From positions 61,876,001 to 61,940,000 of the forward strand of contig NC_042997.1 of the NCBI RefSeq assembly GCF_006345805.1: a DNA stretch of 64,000 bases, given 5' to 3'. Made by a program: the position numbers and the translations under genes. Origin of the DNA: Octopus sinensis (Eukaryota). The notes under the pieces were generated by a model. It saw only the letters and a list, made by a program, of their open reading frames with translations. It did no database searches and was not told the DNA's origin. This document shows positions 61,545 through 64,000 of the stretch, piece after piece. The number at the start of each line of letters is the position of its first letter. Position 1 is the first letter of the stretch.

Positions 61545-61925
61545 ACATTTACTTGTTTTAGTCATTGAATTGTGGTCACACTAGGGCACTGCCTTAAAGC
61601 GTTTTTGTCAAACAAACTGACACCAGTACTTATTTTCTAAGCCTAGTTCTTATTCTATTTGTCTCTTTATTCAGTTACAGAGATATAAATAAAAAACCTA
61701 TATCAGTTGTCAAGTGGTGGGGAGGGGGAACAGACACAAAAAGAAGTTAGTGCATGCACACGTGTGACTGATTTCCGCACATTTTCCATCTACCAAAATC
61801 TCTTACGAAGCATTGGTTGACCCAGGGCTATAGTAGAAGACATTTGGCCGAAGTGCTATGCAGTGGGACATGAATTGAAAACCATGTGGTTGCAAAGCAA
61901 GCTTTTCACCTATACAGCCATGCCT
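61545..61925 (-). mobile_element. SINE family B
   Basis: Reverse tail, body and head. Confidence 0.75.
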
Positions 61926-62143
61926 TTATTTTTAAACCTTTGTTTTAAACTATGGATTGTTTGAATGCAGTCTGGTCTGTGTACATATCAAAAATGTAAA
62001 GCTTTGTCAAGAAAGGCAGCTTAGGCAAAAATAGTAGTGGCCAGCTTAGCAGGCAAACTAGATGAATAATAGACAGTAGCATCTCTCACATACAAACACA
62101 CACTACTACAACTGTACCAGCTACCTATACATTACTGCGTATA

Positions 62144-62147
<4 letters not shown>

Positions 62148-62227
<80 letters not shown>

Positions 62228-62240
62228 CACACACACACAT
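62148..62240. repeat. Compound (CT)n(AT)n(AC)n microsatellite in a low-complexity CA-rich zone
   Basis: Direct reading. Confidence 0.95.
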
Positions 62241-63193
62241 ATTACTATACATATATCGTGTACATCACTCACATTACTACAGACACTACTACATGCACAA
62301 TTACATATATACCACTACACACACACACACTCCATTACACCATCTATTAAAATTCTCTTATTTACGCGCGTGCTCACGCACACACACACACACACCTTAC
62401 ACTGCTGTTCTACTTATGATACACACATATCATTACAAACCAGCAAGGTATCTTTTATATGGTAACCAATATGCTAGAAATACTGGTCAGATCATTCTCA
62501 AATCACATTCTGGAATCTTAAAAAAAAAGAGGACACATTGAAAACTAGTTTCTGATATACAAAAAGTTAGGGTAGTCATGGCATTATAGGTTGGCTCAAT
62601 CAGAGCTGACCTGGGATTCAACGACACAACTACACACATATTTGCATGACTAAACACTTTATTAATTATACATAGTGAAACACCCAAATACTCTACTATA
62701 CATACATTATTACACATTCTACACACCCATGAAAGCATTATGCTAATCAAAGATGGAGGAAAGTGGATATTTATAAAGGAAAATGAAATTCAGGGCACAT
62801 ATACTATTAGAGGGCTTCGTGCATGTGTGTGTATTTGTGCTCAGTATGGGATCAGTTTATTGGCTAGAATGACTGCTGCTCTGTTACAGTGCATGCTTTA
62901 TCAAATCAGATGTTGAATATGAAGTATTTATCATTGCAAAGGCAAAGGCCTGTCATCATTGATACATATATAGGAATAAGACATTTGATGATGATCAACA
63001 ATCGAAACATAGTGTAGCTATGAACATGAGAAATTGTTTCATCTCTTGAAGATAAAGTGAATAGCCTGAAAAATGACGAGTATGTTAAAGCTATAACTCA
63101 TCTGAGATATTTAAATGTGGTAATTTTACTATTTAGAACTGTTGAGAAAAATTAAATGAAAGATGTTAACTTGTGAGAAATTCTGTATTTCAG

Positions 63194-63249
63194 GGACATA
63201 AAGGCTGGTAACGTGTTACTGGGAACAGATGGTTCTGTTTACATTGCAG
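63194..63249 (+). CDS. OXSR1: OXSR1/STK39-like kinase, internal exon (catalytic loop to DFG)
   Basis: Acceptor gtatttcag; phase 2; (R)DIKAGNVLLGTDGSVYIA(D); donor CAG|gtaggg; 56 nt; in frame with the previous exon. Confidence 0.95.
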
Positions 63250-63364
63250 GTAGGGTATCTAATTTTCTTTCATCTTTTCTACATGTCATACTTCAAGTGC
63301 TATTGTATTTATTTGTTAATTGTTTATATGTCAACAACAGTACAATTCCATCATGTCTGAAAAT

Positions 63365-63800
63365 AGGGCTGATGTTGGTTTCAAATTTTGGTACAAGGCC
63401 AGCAATTTCAGAGGAGGGGTAAGTCAATTACATCATCCCTAGTGATCAACTACTACTTATTTTACTGACTCTGAAAGGACAGACGGCAATGTTGACCTTG
63501 GTGGAATTATAACCCAGAATGTAAAAAAGAGACAAAATGCTGCCAAGCATTTTGCCTGGCATACTAATGATTCTGCTAGCTAGCCTCCTTAAATAAGGCT
63601 AATATTTATTACAAAGTTTGGTACAAGACCAGCACTTTTACAGAGGTAGGTAAGTCGATTACATTGATCCTAGTGCTTAACGGGTACTTAGTTTACTGAC
63701 CTGGAAAAGAGGAAAAGCAAAGTTGACCTTAGAATGCAAAAGCCCAACGAAATGCCACTAAGCATTTTACTTGAAATGCTAACAATTCTGCCAGCTCTCT
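63365..63800 (-). mobile_element. Two tandem SINE family A copies just downstream of the last exon
   Basis: TTTGGTACAAG(G/A)CCAGCA..CTACT/GGTACT..GTTGACCTT..TGATTCTGC occurs twice. Confidence 0.8.
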
Positions 63801-64000
63801 TCCTTAAATAAGGCTATTATTGAGAAGAGAATGATTCAAAATGAACTTTGTAATTAGTGTGTTTATGTGTCTGAAACAAAGAGTGATATTAAAATCTTAA
63901 TGCTGTAGAAGGGAAATGCTGTTAATAATCAAATATTTCTAAGTCAACAAGGCTGGCCTTCTGGATATATATAGAGATTATTTTCCTCTGTGGGGTTAAA

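Overview
Eukaryotic, AT-rich, CpG-depleted and almost entirely intronic DNA. The SINE/MITE repertoire points to a coleoid cephalopod, most likely Octopus (inference from my recognition of the repeat families; no search was run). The only host gene I can support is an OXSR1/STK39 (SPAK/OSR1/Fray, GCK-VI) STE20 kinase on the + strand, seen as four internal coding exons (30248-30360, 44525-44630, 60276-60417, 63194-63249; about 420 nt, kinase subdomains I-VII). Exon 1 was not found and later exons lie beyond the window. The rest is a stack of mobile DNA: a near full-length CR1-clade LINE (about 54283-58641) with a PHD/polyQ ORF1 and many frameshifts, several dead RTE LINE fragments, at least four tRNA-derived SINE families, Tc1 and maT (DD37D) mariner remnants, hAT- and piggyBac-type MITEs, a solo LTR and Penelope-like termini. 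Most interesting: (1) minimal hammerhead-ribozyme motifs in three unrelated Penelope-type termini, including a palindrome with one motif per strand and a GIY-YIG end followed by a Pol III tRNA module and a ribozyme; (2) a candidate 90-nt cryptic exon of the kinase; (3) a splice-donor anomaly at the kinase hinge exon; (4) the polyQ-containing CR1 ORF1. Repeat boundaries were set by eye and are approximate (tens of bp) unless a TSD or TIR is quoted.
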